NCBI GenBank assembly: GCA_964562235.1 | Contig: CAZLSV010000012.1 | Coordinates: 9,263-67,615 of the forward strand | Direction of reading: 5' to 3' | DNA length: 58,353 nt | From: an uncultured Desulfatibacillum sp. | GTDB taxonomy: Bacteria; Desulfobacterota; Desulfobacteria; Desulfobacterales; SpSt-501 | Shown: positions 6,805-16,692 of the stretch, in pieces | Position numbering within the stretch: position 1 is the first letter of the stretch | How the letters are laid out: every line of letters starts with the position of its first letter | The notes under the pieces: generated by a model | The model's database searches: none | Told to the model about the DNA's origin: nothing | Seen by the model: only the letters and a program-made list of their open reading frames with translations | Translations under genes and position numbers: made by a program

Positions 6805-9054
6805 ATGGTGGAGGCGCAGCCGCACAAAGTCTGGGACGAGAATTCGGCGCAGCAGACGCTGCTTCAGGTGGCGGAGTTTTGCAAGAACGCGGTGCAGCTC
6901 GAGCTCAAGGTGGCATCCGACGGCTCATCGTTTCTGCTGAGCGCGCGCGGCGGGATTCCGCCCCCGCCGGGCATCTTCTCGGTCGCCGGCCGGCTCACCG
7001 ACGAGGGGCTCGTCGTCGTGAAGGTCGAGCTCTTCAGGAGCCTGGATGAGGTCCGGGTGTCGGCCCCCGCCTTCTGCGGGCTGCTCTCGCGCCTGGGAGA
7101 AAAGACGCGGCTTTGCCCCCCTCCGGACGGCCGGGCCGTGGAGGGCTCCCTGTGGGCGGAGCTCAGGGTCCGGGCCACGCCGCTTTCCGTGGAGCGCGCT
7201 TCGGCGCTGCTGGCCGAGTTCACCACTTTGTCCGAAATGGCCAGGCTCATGCAGGCCGGCCTGCCCGCGGCGCTGACCGACGGCGCGGTCACTCAGCTCT
7301 ACGCCGAGCTGGGGGGCGTCCTCTCCCCGATCCACCCCTGGGTGCTGCCGGATCCTGCATCCGCGGAACCGCTGCTCGCCTTCGGCCGCCGAGTCATGGA
7401 TTATCTGAATGCGGGCTTGAGCATCGCCATCGCTTCCCCGTTCAGCGTCCAGCAGGATGCAGCCCTGGCCCTCGTGGCCCGGGAGGCCCGTGAGAGCAAC
7501 CGCACCCTGGGTCGCCTGGTGCTTCCATCGGTCAATGCCCGCAGTCTGATGGAGGTGGTGCGCAAGGCGCCCGGCCTGATCGCGGCGCCCGTTGCCAACA
7601 TCAGCCTGGGGTCCAGCCCGTACGAACTCGGCAACGAAATGCCGGCGCTGCTTTTCGCACTGGCGGAGGCCAACGCCCCGATGGTTTTCTACGGTCGGTT
7701 CGAGGAGCATCAGACCCTCTTTCATGGCGGCCAGGGCGGCGCCAGCGACCCATTGCGCCCGGTGCTGGTCCGTGCGCCGGAGGTCCCTTTTGAGAGTCTG
7801 GTCCGGTTCGCCGTGATCTCGGCCGGCCGTCTCCACCCGGGCGGACTTCCTCAATCGGCGCTGGATGAACTGACGGTCGATGCGCTCGCCGCCCTGGGTG
7901 GTTTACCCCCGGCCGGTCGGGCCAGAATCCTGCCGGCGCTGGCCCGCCGGTCCGTGAACGCCCGGGCCGCCGGCCGCAAGTCGCATCCGGGCGCCGCCGC
8001 CGAATTTGCCGCCCGGGCCGCCGGTTTGTCCGAGACCCTGTCCGGCCTGAGTCCGCAGCCCAGAGCCGTGCGCACTCCGCAGGTCCAGCAGCGCATCACC
8101 GAGGTCCTGACCGACCCTTCGTTGCTGGCGTATTTCCAGGAGCATCTGCTGGCCCAGGACCCGGCGCTGCTCGCTTTGGTTGATCGTTTGGGGGGCGAGG
8201 CCCTGACGCGGCCCCCGCACCAGCCGATCCGCTACTGCGCTCTGGGGACGCCCGGGACGGGCAAATCCGAGAGCGCCGCCCTGCTGGCCCGCCGCCTCGG
8301 CGTCCCCTTCATCAACATCGACGCCGCCAGCATGTCGGACTACCACACCGCCGCCGCCCAGCTTCTGGGCTCGGGCCGCGGCATCGTGGGTTCGCACCAG
8401 AGCGGGCGCCTGGAACAGGCCGCCAAGCACCACACGGGCGTGGTGGTCGAGGTGAGCGACATCGACCACGCCGTGCCTTCGGTGCAGTCCTACATGGCGG
8501 ATCTTTTTCTGCAGGTGCTGGACATGGGCGAAGCCCAGAGCTCGATCGGCCCGAAGTTCTCCTGCGCCAACCTGATCTTCGCCTTCACCATGAACCTGCC
8601 GGGCGGCATGGACGAGCGCATCCGCCAGAGCATGGGCTTCAGCCCCACCCCCAGCCGACAGGAGGTGACGCGCGGGGTGGCGGCGGAGGTGAAGTCGATG
8701 TTGTCGGGCGCGTTTCTCAGCCGCATCGGAACCCCGGTGGTTTTCGACCCGCTGGAGGGCGCGGCCCTGGTGAAGATCGTCGTCCGTGCCGTTCAAAACG
8801 CCGTGCGCTCGGCGGCCGAACGGTTGGGTTTCACCGTTCTGGAAGTCGCCGTGTCGCCCGCCACGGGCGAAGCGGCGCTGAACCTTCTGCGCTCGAAGCT
8901 GGTCTCTTTCGGTGCCCGGGCGCTCCTTGAGCACGCCCGGGATCTGTCCGCGAAAGCCGTCCTTGAATGGATGCGTTCGGCTCCGGCCGTACGCTCCGTA
9001 AAACTAAGTGTCGCCGTCGATGCCGGCGGTGATCTCATCGTCACGTCCACCTGA
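6805..9054 (+). CDS. ClpA/ClpB-like AAA+ protein (D2-type module with small C-terminal domain) carrying a large unassigned N-terminal half
   Basis: Walker A GTPGTGKS (8245..8268); Clp-D2-like context LLGSGRGIVGSHQSGRLEQAAKHH; the Walker B position reads VVVEVSDIDHA; D2-small-like tail FLSRIGTPVVFDPLEGAALVKIV. ATG 6805 follows GGGAGG; the track ORF begins at 6772. Confidence 0.75.
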   Translation: MVEAQPHKVWDENSAQQTLLQVAEFCKNAVQLELKVASDGSSFLLSARGGIPPPPGIFSVAGRLTDEGLVVVKVELFRSLDEVRVSAPAFCGLLSRLGEKTRLCPPPDGRAVEGSLWAELRVRATPLSVERASALLAEFTTLSEMARLMQAGLPAALTDGAVTQLYAELGGVLSPIHPWVLPDPASAEPLLAFGRRVMDYLNAGLSIAIASPFSVQQDAALALVAREARESNRTLGRLVLPSVNARSLMEVVRKAPGLIAAPVANISLGSSPYELGNEMPALLFALAEANAPMVFYGRFEEHQTLFHGGQGGASDPLRPVLVRAPEVPFESLVRFAVISAGRLHPGGLPQSALDELTVDALAALGGLPPAGRARILPALARRSVNARAAGRKSHPGAAAEFAARAAGLSETLSGLSPQPRAVRTPQVQQRITEVLTDPSLLAYFQEHLLAQDPALLALVDRLGGEALTRPPHQPIRYCALGTPGTGKSESAALLARRLGVPFINIDAASMSDYHTAAAQLLGSGRGIVGSHQSGRLEQAAKHHTGVVVEVSDIDHAVPSVQSYMADLFLQVLDMGEAQSSIGPKFSCANLIFAFTMNLPGGMDERIRQSMGFSPTPSRQEVTRGVAAEVKSMLSGAFLSRIGTPVVFDPLEGAALVKIVVRAVQNAVRSAAERLGFTVLEVAVSPATGEAALNLLRSKLVSFGARALLEHARDLSAKAVLEWMRSAPAVRSVKLSVAVDAGGDLIVTST

Positions 9055-9067
9055 AAAGGAGGGTCTC

Positions 9068-10090
9068 ATGAGCAAACAGATCTACCGTGTCTGGAATCCA
9101 GATGAATTCCGCAAGGCCGGTCCCAGCGACCTGATCGAGCTGCGGCCGGTGCCGGGGTTCCATGCCCTGTTTTTTAAAAAGGCGGACCTCGAGCTGATCG
9201 TCTACGCCATCGCCTCGAACGAGTACTGCCACATATCCGGGCCGACCGGCACGGCCAAGACCTCGCTGATAGAGGCCCTCTACCGGGTGCCGGAGAATTT
9301 CTTTGCGCTCTGCCAGGCGTTGGATTTTCCGAAAAAGCCGCTCCGGCTCTACCCCATCCAGGTTCTCGTCTTCGAGACCCCGGGCGAGCTCTACGTGCGC
9401 CGCGCCCTCAAGGACGGCGCGACCTTCGACGAGAAAAGCATGGTGGTGCTCTCCCTGGAGGACGCCTACCGCCACCGCAAGACCTGCTACGCCCTCCTCT
9501 GGCTGCGGGAGCTGGGCCGCGTGCACTCCTCCAGCGTCCAAGGCGGGCTGCTCGACATGATGTACCCGGGCGATATCACGCTGCCCGACGGCTCGCGTAT
9601 CGACGGCAGCGAGATCTCCTGGATCGCCGACAGCAACTACCAGGCGGAGAGCGACGCCACCCACACCCTGGTCGTCTTCGACGCCGCCCTCAAGCGCCGA
9701 TTCTGCATCAACGCCACGCTGGATTACCTGCCGCCCCAGCAGGAAAGCCTGGTGGTGCGGGAGATCCTCAAAAAGGAAAAACCGCGCGGTTTCCAGAAGG
9801 GGGACGAGGAACTGATCGACAAAGTTGTCCAGCTGGGCGACGCCATCCGGCGCCAGCGGGCCGAGGGCAACCTGCACTCCGCCCCGCCGCCCACGATCAG
9901 CGGTTATCTGGCGTTCATGCGCATGGCCATCCGGCTGCGGCACCTCAGCCTGCAGCACCTGGCCATGGCGACCCTGCTCGGCCACTGCAGCCAGGAGGAC
10001 TCCAAGCAGGCCGCGGCCGTTTTGAACGAGGTTTTCGGGCTGCAGGCGGTCGAAGCGGACGACACGGCCATGGGAGTGAATCTCTTTTAA
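9068..10090 (+). CDS. AAA_5 / MoxR-CbbQ-NorQ-like AAA+ ATPase
   Basis: Walker A GPTGTAKT (9239..9262). ATG 9068 follows AAAGGAGGG; the track ORF begins at 9008. It sits directly upstream of a VWA protein, the classic MoxR-VWA pairing. Confidence 0.75.
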   Translation: MSKQIYRVWNPDEFRKAGPSDLIELRPVPGFHALFFKKADLELIVYAIASNEYCHISGPTGTAKTSLIEALYRVPENFFALCQALDFPKKPLRLYPIQVLVFETPGELYVRRALKDGATFDEKSMVVLSLEDAYRHRKTCYALLWLRELGRVHSSSVQGGLLDMMYPGDITLPDGSRIDGSEISWIADSNYQAESDATHTLVVFDAALKRRFCINATLDYLPPQQESLVVREILKKEKPRGFQKGDEELIDKVVQLGDAIRRQRAEGNLHSAPPPTISGYLAFMRMAIRLRHLSLQHLAMATLLGHCSQEDSKQAAAVLNEVFGLQAVEADDTAMGVNLF

Positions 10091-10105
10091 TCAAGGAAGG
10101 GCCCC

Positions 10106-12232
10106 ATGCAATACAGAGGACATTATTCGCCCGGTTACGCTTATGGCGTCTGCCGGCGCCGGTCGAAGACCGATTGGGCCGGCATCAGCCGCAACGACGC
10201 CTACAAGCTCAACATCGAATGGGATTATCGACTCCAGGCGCAGCGCCTGTTCTATATCGCGTGCAAGCAGGCGCAGCTGGCCGTGGCGCGCCAGGTAAAC
10301 CCGGCGCTCGATTCGAGCTTCACCCCCAAGGTAAAACCGCAGATCAGCGCCGCCTACACGAGCTATCCGGCGAGCCTGGCAGTGCCGGCGTGCATCGGCC
10401 AAACGGCGTTCCTAGAGTATCAGCAGTGGATGAAGGAAAAAATTCTCATCACCTATCTGGCCGATTATCTGAAAAACCCGGCCGAATTCGACGAGGTGCG
10501 CACCAACCCCGAGGCCTATCGGCATCTGGCTCAAACGGTGGCCGAAACCGTTCAGACGCGGCTGCTGCTCGAGTCGCTCAGCCGCCTGCGGCCGGCGGCC
10601 ACGGTCGAAACCGCCCGTCTCTTTTTGGCGAGCCAGCAGACCCTGCGATTCGATTCTCTGCCCGAAATCCTGCGGGCGGTCATTCTTTTTGGAGATGTCT
10701 TGCCCGGCTGGCGAAATCGTCTGTTGCATCCGTTGACTGCATCCATCCTGAATGATGCCACCGAGGTCAGCACCCCGTATCTGGCGCGCCTGCACCACAC
10801 CAAGTCTCATTTGCTGGTCGACGAGGGGGTCAGCTGGGTCAAAACGCTCAGCCGCCGCTTGGCCGTTTATCTGCCGGAGCCGCCCCCCCAGCCGGCACCG
10901 CCTCAGCCGGATCAGGGCGGCGCTTCCGGCAGCGGCAAGGCGGGGACGCCGGAGAATCAACCGCCGCATCGAGCAAGGAGTTTTAACCCGTATTCGCCCC
11001 TCGCCCCGCCGCTCAATTCCAGCCGGGCGCCGACCCTCTTCGAAGAGCCCAATCCCATGCGGCAGTTCGCCCAAGGGCTTTCGTCCGCGCAAAACCGCGA
11101 TGGCGGCGGCTCGTTTGAAGGAATCCCAGCGCCGGCCGCCAAAGGGTCCGTCGACCCGTTGTCGCAGCTGGTCAACGATTTTTTCCAGACCCTCCAGCAA
11201 GCGGGTGGACAGACGCAGCAGTACCAGGACATGCGCTCGGATCTGGTCGAGCAGGCGGCCCGCAGCGCCGGGTTCAAGGAGGGCCCGCTGCAGGGCAACC
11301 CCGCCGACGGCCACAACGTAAAGGTTTCGCTCGGAGACGGTCGAGAGGCCGGGGGGGAGATCTTCGACCGGCCGGTGGAGCTTGCCGACGATTTTTCGGG
11401 CTACGAACTCCTCAAGCGCGAGGCCCAGTCGGTAACCGAGGATCTGCGCCGCACGCTCTATCCCAATTTCACCCAGGTGCCTGAAACCGAGCGATTGCGC
11501 ACCACCGGCACGCTCGACCCGGCGCGCCTTCCACTGGCCGACCTGGTCTCCGCCGTTTTCAGGCGCTACAAGGTCTGCGAACAGGCCGACAAGCGCGGCC
11601 GGCCGGTGCTGCTGGTGGCCTGCGACGGCTCCGGGTCGCTCAACAGCTCCCAGATCCGCATGCTGAAGATCCTCTGCTGCGCCTGGCTTCTCGCGACGGT
11701 CGGCAAGGCGATTCAGGTATTGGCTGGGCTTTACCACAGCGGCATCATCCGGCAGGGGCTCAGCGGGCCGCTCGTGCAGTGGATATTCCACCCTCGCAAA
11801 ACACCGGCCACCGGACGCAAGGACGCCGCACGGGCACTGCTGTCGCTGCCCAACTCCGGCACGGGGGCCCAGTCCGATGCCTTGTCGCTGGCCTTCATGC
11901 TCGATGAGGCAGCGGCGCTGGCCGCCGGGCGCCGGATCTATCTGATTCTTTTAACGGATTGTGCCTGGAACACCAGCTTCTCCATCGGAAAGTCCGGCAA
12001 GGAGGAGGTTTTATCCTTCTTCCAGGGAGCCTACGAGCGGTTCGGCGACAAGCTCCACACCACCCTGGTGGCCCTGGGCGTGACCGGGGAGACCGGGTTC
12101 GAGAGCCTGCTCGACAAGGTGATCACGGTCAGCAACGACGAGTTGAAGGACCCGTCGACGGTTGCCGCTAAAATCGGGCTCTACGTGGCCGCCTGCATGA
12201 AGGAGCGCCGCCGGATGGTGGCCCGCAAATAA
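10106..12232 (+). CDS. von Willebrand factor A (VWA) domain protein (CbbO/NorD-like partner)
   Basis: 708 aa. The C-terminal VWA has a MIDAS DxSxS motif (VLLVACDGSGSLNSS). A Pro/Gly-rich linker (EPPPQPAPPQPDQGGASGSGKAGTPENQPP) sits mid-protein. The gap to the upstream AAA+ gene is 15 nt. Confidence 0.75.
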   Translation: MQYRGHYSPGYAYGVCRRRSKTDWAGISRNDAYKLNIEWDYRLQAQRLFYIACKQAQLAVARQVNPALDSSFTPKVKPQISAAYTSYPASLAVPACIGQTAFLEYQQWMKEKILITYLADYLKNPAEFDEVRTNPEAYRHLAQTVAETVQTRLLLESLSRLRPAATVETARLFLASQQTLRFDSLPEILRAVILFGDVLPGWRNRLLHPLTASILNDATEVSTPYLARLHHTKSHLLVDEGVSWVKTLSRRLAVYLPEPPPQPAPPQPDQGGASGSGKAGTPENQPPHRARSFNPYSPLAPPLNSSRAPTLFEEPNPMRQFAQGLSSAQNRDGGGSFEGIPAPAAKGSVDPLSQLVNDFFQTLQQAGGQTQQYQDMRSDLVEQAARSAGFKEGPLQGNPADGHNVKVSLGDGREAGGEIFDRPVELADDFSGYELLKREAQSVTEDLRRTLYPNFTQVPETERLRTTGTLDPARLPLADLVSAVFRRYKVCEQADKRGRPVLLVACDGSGSLNSSQIRMLKILCCAWLLATVGKAIQVLAGLYHSGIIRQGLSGPLVQWIFHPRKTPATGRKDAARALLSLPNSGTGAQSDALSLAFMLDEAAALAAGRRIYLILLTDCAWNTSFSIGKSGKEEVLSFFQGAYERFGDKLHTTLVALGVTGETGFESLLDKVITVSNDELKDPSTVAAKIGLYVAACMKERRRMVARK

Positions 12233-12245
12233 GAGGAGGCATACG

Positions 12246-13400
12246 ATGATCATAGGACCTTTAGGCAATCCAACAGGGGGAGGGAATCGCGGCGGTGGAT
12301 TCGACGATGATTGGAACTGGTCCTCGCGCCGCATGGACCGCCGGAAGCTCGAAGCGGCCCTTTCAACGCTGGTCCAGCAGCTCGGAGCGTACGATGAAAA
12401 GCGCTCCGAGATGGAAAAGCGTGCCGTCACACCGGCCATGCTTCTGTCTACCATGGAGCTCCTCAAGCTTACGTTCGAAGTGGAGGTCCTCGGCCGCACC
12501 CACAAGGTAGCCCTCGTAAACCAAGCCTCGGTCCGGGAGCTCCTGCGGGATCTGTGGCACTATGAATGCCGCTTTGAGATCCGCACCTCCGCCGCGGGCA
12601 TGCCGCTTTATTACCTGCCCCGCGTCTGGCACGACTACGACGCTGTTTACAGCCTGGTGCTCGAGGACTTGTACCAGAGCCCCGGGTACCCCATGGGAGA
12701 GGAGCGTTTCGTCAAGATCATGTGGGGCGGCCACGAGGTTTACTTCATCCGCCTGTCGCCGTTTCGCAAGTCCCTCCTCGAGGCCCGCTCCCCGTTGAGA
12801 GATCCGGACGCGGAAGACGAAATCGATGCGCTTCTCAAAAAGATCGGCCGCCTGGTCTTCCAGGCCTGCTGGCACGAGGACCAGTACGTGGGAATGGTGG
12901 CGGCCGATCAGTTCGAGCTCGTCCATTTTCGCCGGGCTGTCGAACTGCTCTACCTCTGCCTGACCGCCGAGCTTTGTGAGCTTCGCGGCGCCGTTGATGA
13001 GACCATGATAGCGTTCTTCAGAAACGTCTATGCCCAGCCCGCCATCGTCTCTTTTCTGAACCGCCTCGTACGGCTGGACGGCAAGGCCCTGGCCGAGGTG
13101 CCGCAGGCGGCGCTCAAACACTTCCCGGCCCTGTCCCGGACCTTCAGCCGGTTTCTGGCGGTGGAGCTCCCCTGGGGCCGCAGCAAGGCGCTGGTGCCGC
13201 TTTACAAGCTTCTCTTCGCCAACTTCTCGCGCCTGGACAGTGTGCGAGGCGCGATCGCCGCCACCGAGGAGCTCCGCAAGGCGGCTGAGCGGCTCGAGAA
13301 GCAGTCTCTGGCCGTCATCGAGGCACTTCTGGATGGAGCTGGAGATGTGGGGCTGGAGCCCGGCCCGGACCGGGCTGAAAAAATGGCGGTTGCCGTTTAA
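12246..13400 (+). CDS. Hypothetical protein (helical, no family recognised), fourth gene of the sigma-54 operon
   Basis: 384-aa ORF with coding-like composition. It lies 13 nt after the VWA gene and is preceded by AGGAGG. Confidence 0.6.
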   Translation: MIIGPLGNPTGGGNRGGGFDDDWNWSSRRMDRRKLEAALSTLVQQLGAYDEKRSEMEKRAVTPAMLLSTMELLKLTFEVEVLGRTHKVALVNQASVRELLRDLWHYECRFEIRTSAAGMPLYYLPRVWHDYDAVYSLVLEDLYQSPGYPMGEERFVKIMWGGHEVYFIRLSPFRKSLLEARSPLRDPDAEDEIDALLKKIGRLVFQACWHEDQYVGMVAADQFELVHFRRAVELLYLCLTAELCELRGAVDETMIAFFRNVYAQPAIVSFLNRLVRLDGKALAEVPQAALKHFPALSRTFSRFLAVELPWGRSKALVPLYKLLFANFSRLDSVRGAIAATEELRKAAERLEKQSLAVIEALLDGAGDVGLEPGPDRAEKMAVAV

Positions 13401-13412
13401 TCGGAGGGGACC

Positions 13413-14579
13413 GTGCGAATTCGAATCCAAGCGATTCCGTTGACGTCGGTGTTCGAGGGCTTCCACCCGCGGCTGTGGGTGCTGGCGTTCATTGCCCTGG
13501 TGTTTATCAGCATCGCCTGGCTGGATATTACCCGCCCACCGCCCATCCGGCCCTCGTTCCATTCCATATTTTCATCGCACGAGGAGATGGGACAGGATTC
13601 CGAAACGCCCGAGCAGGAGCGCACTCCGTTGTTCACCGCCGGCATCCGCTCCGCCCCGCCGGAGGGGATCACCAAAGAGATCGGCGACTGCGAGCACAGC
13701 TTGACCGTCGATGTGGACGGCATCGGCCGACGCGAACGCGTTTGCGTGCGCACCGCCGTTTACAGAAATCGGGATGGACAGGCCCTCTACGATTCGCTGA
13801 TCGTGGACATCTATAAAAACGGGGACTGGCTTCTGCGCCAGGAACTCGATCGCGGCCTCTTTGGGGCGGAACGCTTTCACCTGCTGCGCGATCTCGACAT
13901 GGACGGCCGGGCGGAGCTCATCACGGTCCTTTCGGCCCGCCCGGAGGGCTCCGGCGAGGACGCCTGCCGGATCTACAAGTTCGACGGCTACGCCTTCGTT
14001 GAGGCTCTCCACGTTTTCGGCCTGCCCCCGCAGGATGCGTCGGTGGCCTTCTTCCTGCGCCACCTCCCCGAGATCCAGGCGGACATCAGCGCGCGCTATG
14101 CCGATGCCATCGCCAGCCCGGATCTGTGCGCGGACGCCGGCGATGAGGGCGACTGTTTCGCGGGCTCGCCCTGGCTGCTCGACTCCAACGGCGACGGACG
14201 CCTGGAGCTGGTCCAGCTGCTGGAGCCGCCCGACAGCCTCGAGAGTTCCAAAACCGGCCCGTTCCAGCTCTTCGTTAAGGAATTTAGGCGCCGCGGGATG
14301 GAGGGCCGAAGCCGCTTCCACGCGATGGGGCCGGGGCCCGCCGGCTCCAAAACTGGATCGATCCTCTTTCACCGATCAGACGACGGTCCGGTGATCCTGC
14401 TGGTCTCCTTTACCGATCCCGGCGCCCGGGCCGCCCGCGCCTCCTTGGTCGCTTTCGAAATCGCCGGAATCCGCGTGAAGAAAGCTCCCAGGCTCAGCGG
14501 CTTCGCGCTGCCCGGGCTCAACGAGCGGCTGCACTTCGCCAACAAAGAGGAGCCCCTGGAAACCCGGTATTTGAAGTGA
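13413..14579 (+). CDS. Membrane-anchored protein with FG-GAP/VCBS-like repeats
   Basis: GTG start after GGAGGGGA. N-terminal TM segment HPRLWVLAFIALVFISIAWL. Calcium-loop-like repeats LRDLDMDGRAELI and LLDSNGDGRLELV. Confidence 0.6.
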   Translation: MRIRIQAIPLTSVFEGFHPRLWVLAFIALVFISIAWLDITRPPPIRPSFHSIFSSHEEMGQDSETPEQERTPLFTAGIRSAPPEGITKEIGDCEHSLTVDVDGIGRRERVCVRTAVYRNRDGQALYDSLIVDIYKNGDWLLRQELDRGLFGAERFHLLRDLDMDGRAELITVLSARPEGSGEDACRIYKFDGYAFVEALHVFGLPPQDASVAFFLRHLPEIQADISARYADAIASPDLCADAGDEGDCFAGSPWLLDSNGDGRLELVQLLEPPDSLESSKTGPFQLFVKEFRRRGMEGRSRFHAMGPGPAGSKTGSILFHRSDDGPVILLVSFTDPGARAARASLVAFEIAGIRVKKAPRLSGFALPGLNERLHFANKEEPLETRYLK

Positions 14580-14721
14580 CGCTTATTGCCCTGCCCCGGG
14601 AGCAAGCTTCAATGAGTGAACCATGCGTGTTGTGCGGAAACGCAGGAGTGCGAGACCCGAATATCGAAATTCTATAACAACTTCGAATATCCAAATCGCC
14701 CGAATTCTAAACAACTGTTGA

Positions 14722-14758
14722 TTCCCCTCCCCTTGCGGGAGGGGCCAGGGGAGGGGAA
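14722..14758. repeat. G/C-rich palindromic intergenic element (family copy 1)
   Basis: TTCCCCTCCCC (14722..14732) pairs with GGGGAGGGGAA (14748..14758) around a 15-nt loop. It shares the CCCTCCCC/GGGGAGGGG theme with the elements at 31150 and 31910. Confidence 0.7.
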
Positions 14759-14867
14759 CATGCATGTTTTCAAGAGCGATCATCTTGAGGAGAAGCGATT
14801 CTATTTTCCGTTTTCGCCGCAGAGGCGCAGAGGATTTAATCTTTGCCGTTGCCCGGCATGGTTTGGT

Positions 14868-14895
14868 CCGCTGCCCGCAGGGCGAGCCGTTTTTT
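14868..14895 (+). terminator. Possible intrinsic terminator, part of a bidirectional hairpin region
   Basis: Imperfect hairpin CCGCTGCCC-GCA-GGGCGAGCCG followed by TTTTTT (14890..14895). TTTTTGAAC ... GTTCAAAAA (14891..14925) forms a second inverted repeat. Confidence 0.35.
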
Positions 14896-15198
14896 GAACC
14901 GCAGCCTCTCACGGCAGTTCAAAAAGAATTGTCCCCCTCGGCGTCCTCCGTGCCTCGAGCGCAGCGTGCGCTGAGCTGAACCCTTTTCCGGCGCGTGGTT
15001 ACAAGGTGTTTCATAACCCCGTCTGACGCCTGGGGGCGGCGTTGCCGGCCTCTCGAAAATGCTCACCACCCATGGCGGTGGCTCCGCTTTCCGAATCGGC
15101 CGGCGCCTTGACCGCAGACGTGATCCAGGGTTTTGAACCCACTTGTAGGCTTTCGGCTTTGGCAATCGATCAACCGCTCATGTAAAAGGAGATGGAGG

Positions 15199-16692
15199 AT
15201 GAAAAAGCAACCGCGGGTATTGCACCTGGTGTTTGCGCTGGCATTGTCTTTTCTGACGGCTTTTCACTCCGGATGCGGCGGCGGAGGCGGGGGCGACAAC
15301 GGTCAAACGGACAACGGGCCGTCTCCTCCACCCCCTCCAATCGCCTACCAGTTGTATGGACTGAACTTCAGCCCTTACGAGGGCGATCAAGACCCCAACC
15401 AGGGGGCGGTGGTGAGCGCCGAGCAGATCGAGCGGCGCATGCGCATCATAGCACCCTACACGAAATGGGTCCGAACCTTCGGCTGCACGCGCGGCCTCGA
15501 ACATGCCGGGGCCATCGCCCACCGCCTGCAGCTCAAGATCGCCATGGGCGCATGGATCGGCCCCGACCAAACCGCCAACGAGATCGAGCTGGATACCCTG
15601 ATCCGCGAGGCGCTCAGCGGCAACGTGGATCTGGCCGTCATCGGCACCGAGGTGCTTTTGCGGGGCGATGTGCCGCCAGCCGACCTGATCGCCTACATCC
15701 GGCGCTTCCGGCTGGAAGTCCCCAATGTCCCGGTGACCACCGCCGACACCTATGCCGATCTGCTCGATAACCCGGTTGTGATGGCCGCTTGCGATGTGAT
15801 CATAGCCAACTACTACCCTTATTGGGAAGGGGTGGATGTGAACAACGCCGTGACCTGGCTGCACGCCCGCCACCAACGCCTGGTGTCCGCGGCCGCCGGG
15901 AAAGAGGTGCTTGTTTCCGAAACCGGCTGGCCGAGCGCCGGCGACACCATCGCCGATGCTCTCCCCTCACCCGGAAACGCCGCGTTCTACTTCCAGAACT
16001 TCGTTTCGTGGGCCCGGGCCGAGGGGGTCGATTATTTCTATTTCGAAGCCTTTGACGAGAGCTGGAAGTCGGCCTACGAGGGGCCACAGGGCGCGGCCTT
16101 CGGGACATGGACCTCCGACGGGGAGCTGAAACCCGGCATGCAGGCGGTATTCGATGGCCAGACTGTGGCGGACAACTGGACCTGCATGGACATCCCGGGC
16201 GGAACAGGGACCCCAGCCGTCGAACTTACCGCTGTGCCGCCGATCGGCTCTTCATCGGACCTACGCGGCCAGGTGTGGCACGTCGCGCCCGCCAACTACG
16301 GAGTCGCGGTCTACATCAAGGTCCTCGGCGGATGGTGGACCAAGCCGTTCTGGAATGACCCGGTCACCTCGATCAACTGCGACGGCTCCTGGACATGCGA
16401 CATCACCACCGGCGGTGAAGATCCTCAGGCCACCGACATCGCCGCCTTCCTGATCCCGCTGGCCTACACGCCGCCAACCGCCGCCGGGGAGGGAGTGCTG
16501 CCGGTCGAGCTCTACACGAACAGCATGGTGTATGTTGAGGTGAAGCGGGATTTATCATCGCCGGCAATCGGGGCAGGGAGAAAAATAAATTACTTTGCCG
16601 AATCCAAGGAGAACTACAAAAACATGTTGCCGCTCCACTTGCTCAACAATCACTGTGCTGAGAAGTTTTCAGCAAAAACACCAATACGCTGA
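15199..16692 (+). CDS. Glycoside hydrolase family 17-like (beta-1,3-glucanase/transglycosylase) lipoprotein
   Basis: Lipoprotein signal MKKQPRVLHLVFALALSFLTAFHSGC. GH17 signature LVSETGWPSAG. ATG 15199 follows AAAGGAG; the track ORF starts at 15133. The last ~45 codons are encoded by AT-rich DNA unlike the rest of the gene. Confidence 0.7.
   Translation: MKKQPRVLHLVFALALSFLTAFHSGCGGGGGGDNGQTDNGPSPPPPPIAYQLYGLNFSPYEGDQDPNQGAVVSAEQIERRMRIIAPYTKWVRTFGCTRGLEHAGAIAHRLQLKIAMGAWIGPDQTANEIELDTLIREALSGNVDLAVIGTEVLLRGDVPPADLIAYIRRFRLEVPNVPVTTADTYADLLDNPVVMAACDVIIANYYPYWEGVDVNNAVTWLHARHQRLVSAAAGKEVLVSETGWPSAGDTIADALPSPGNAAFYFQNFVSWARAEGVDYFYFEAFDESWKSAYEGPQGAAFGTWTSDGELKPGMQAVFDGQTVADNWTCMDIPGGTGTPAVELTAVPPIGSSSDLRGQVWHVAPANYGVAVYIKVLGGWWTKPFWNDPVTSINCDGSWTCDITTGGEDPQATDIAAFLIPLAYTPPTAAGEGVLPVELYTNSMVYVEVKRDLSSPAIGAGRKINYFAESKENYKNMLPLHLLNNHCAEKFSAKTPIR

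Noticed and set aside
14583-14912. ORFs 14583..14912 (-) and 14616..14897 (+) in the spacer after the sigma-54 operon
   Set aside because: Both read across the G/C-rich palindromic element (…PLPWPLPQGEGN…) and the terminator-like hairpins. There is no RBS or family resemblance.
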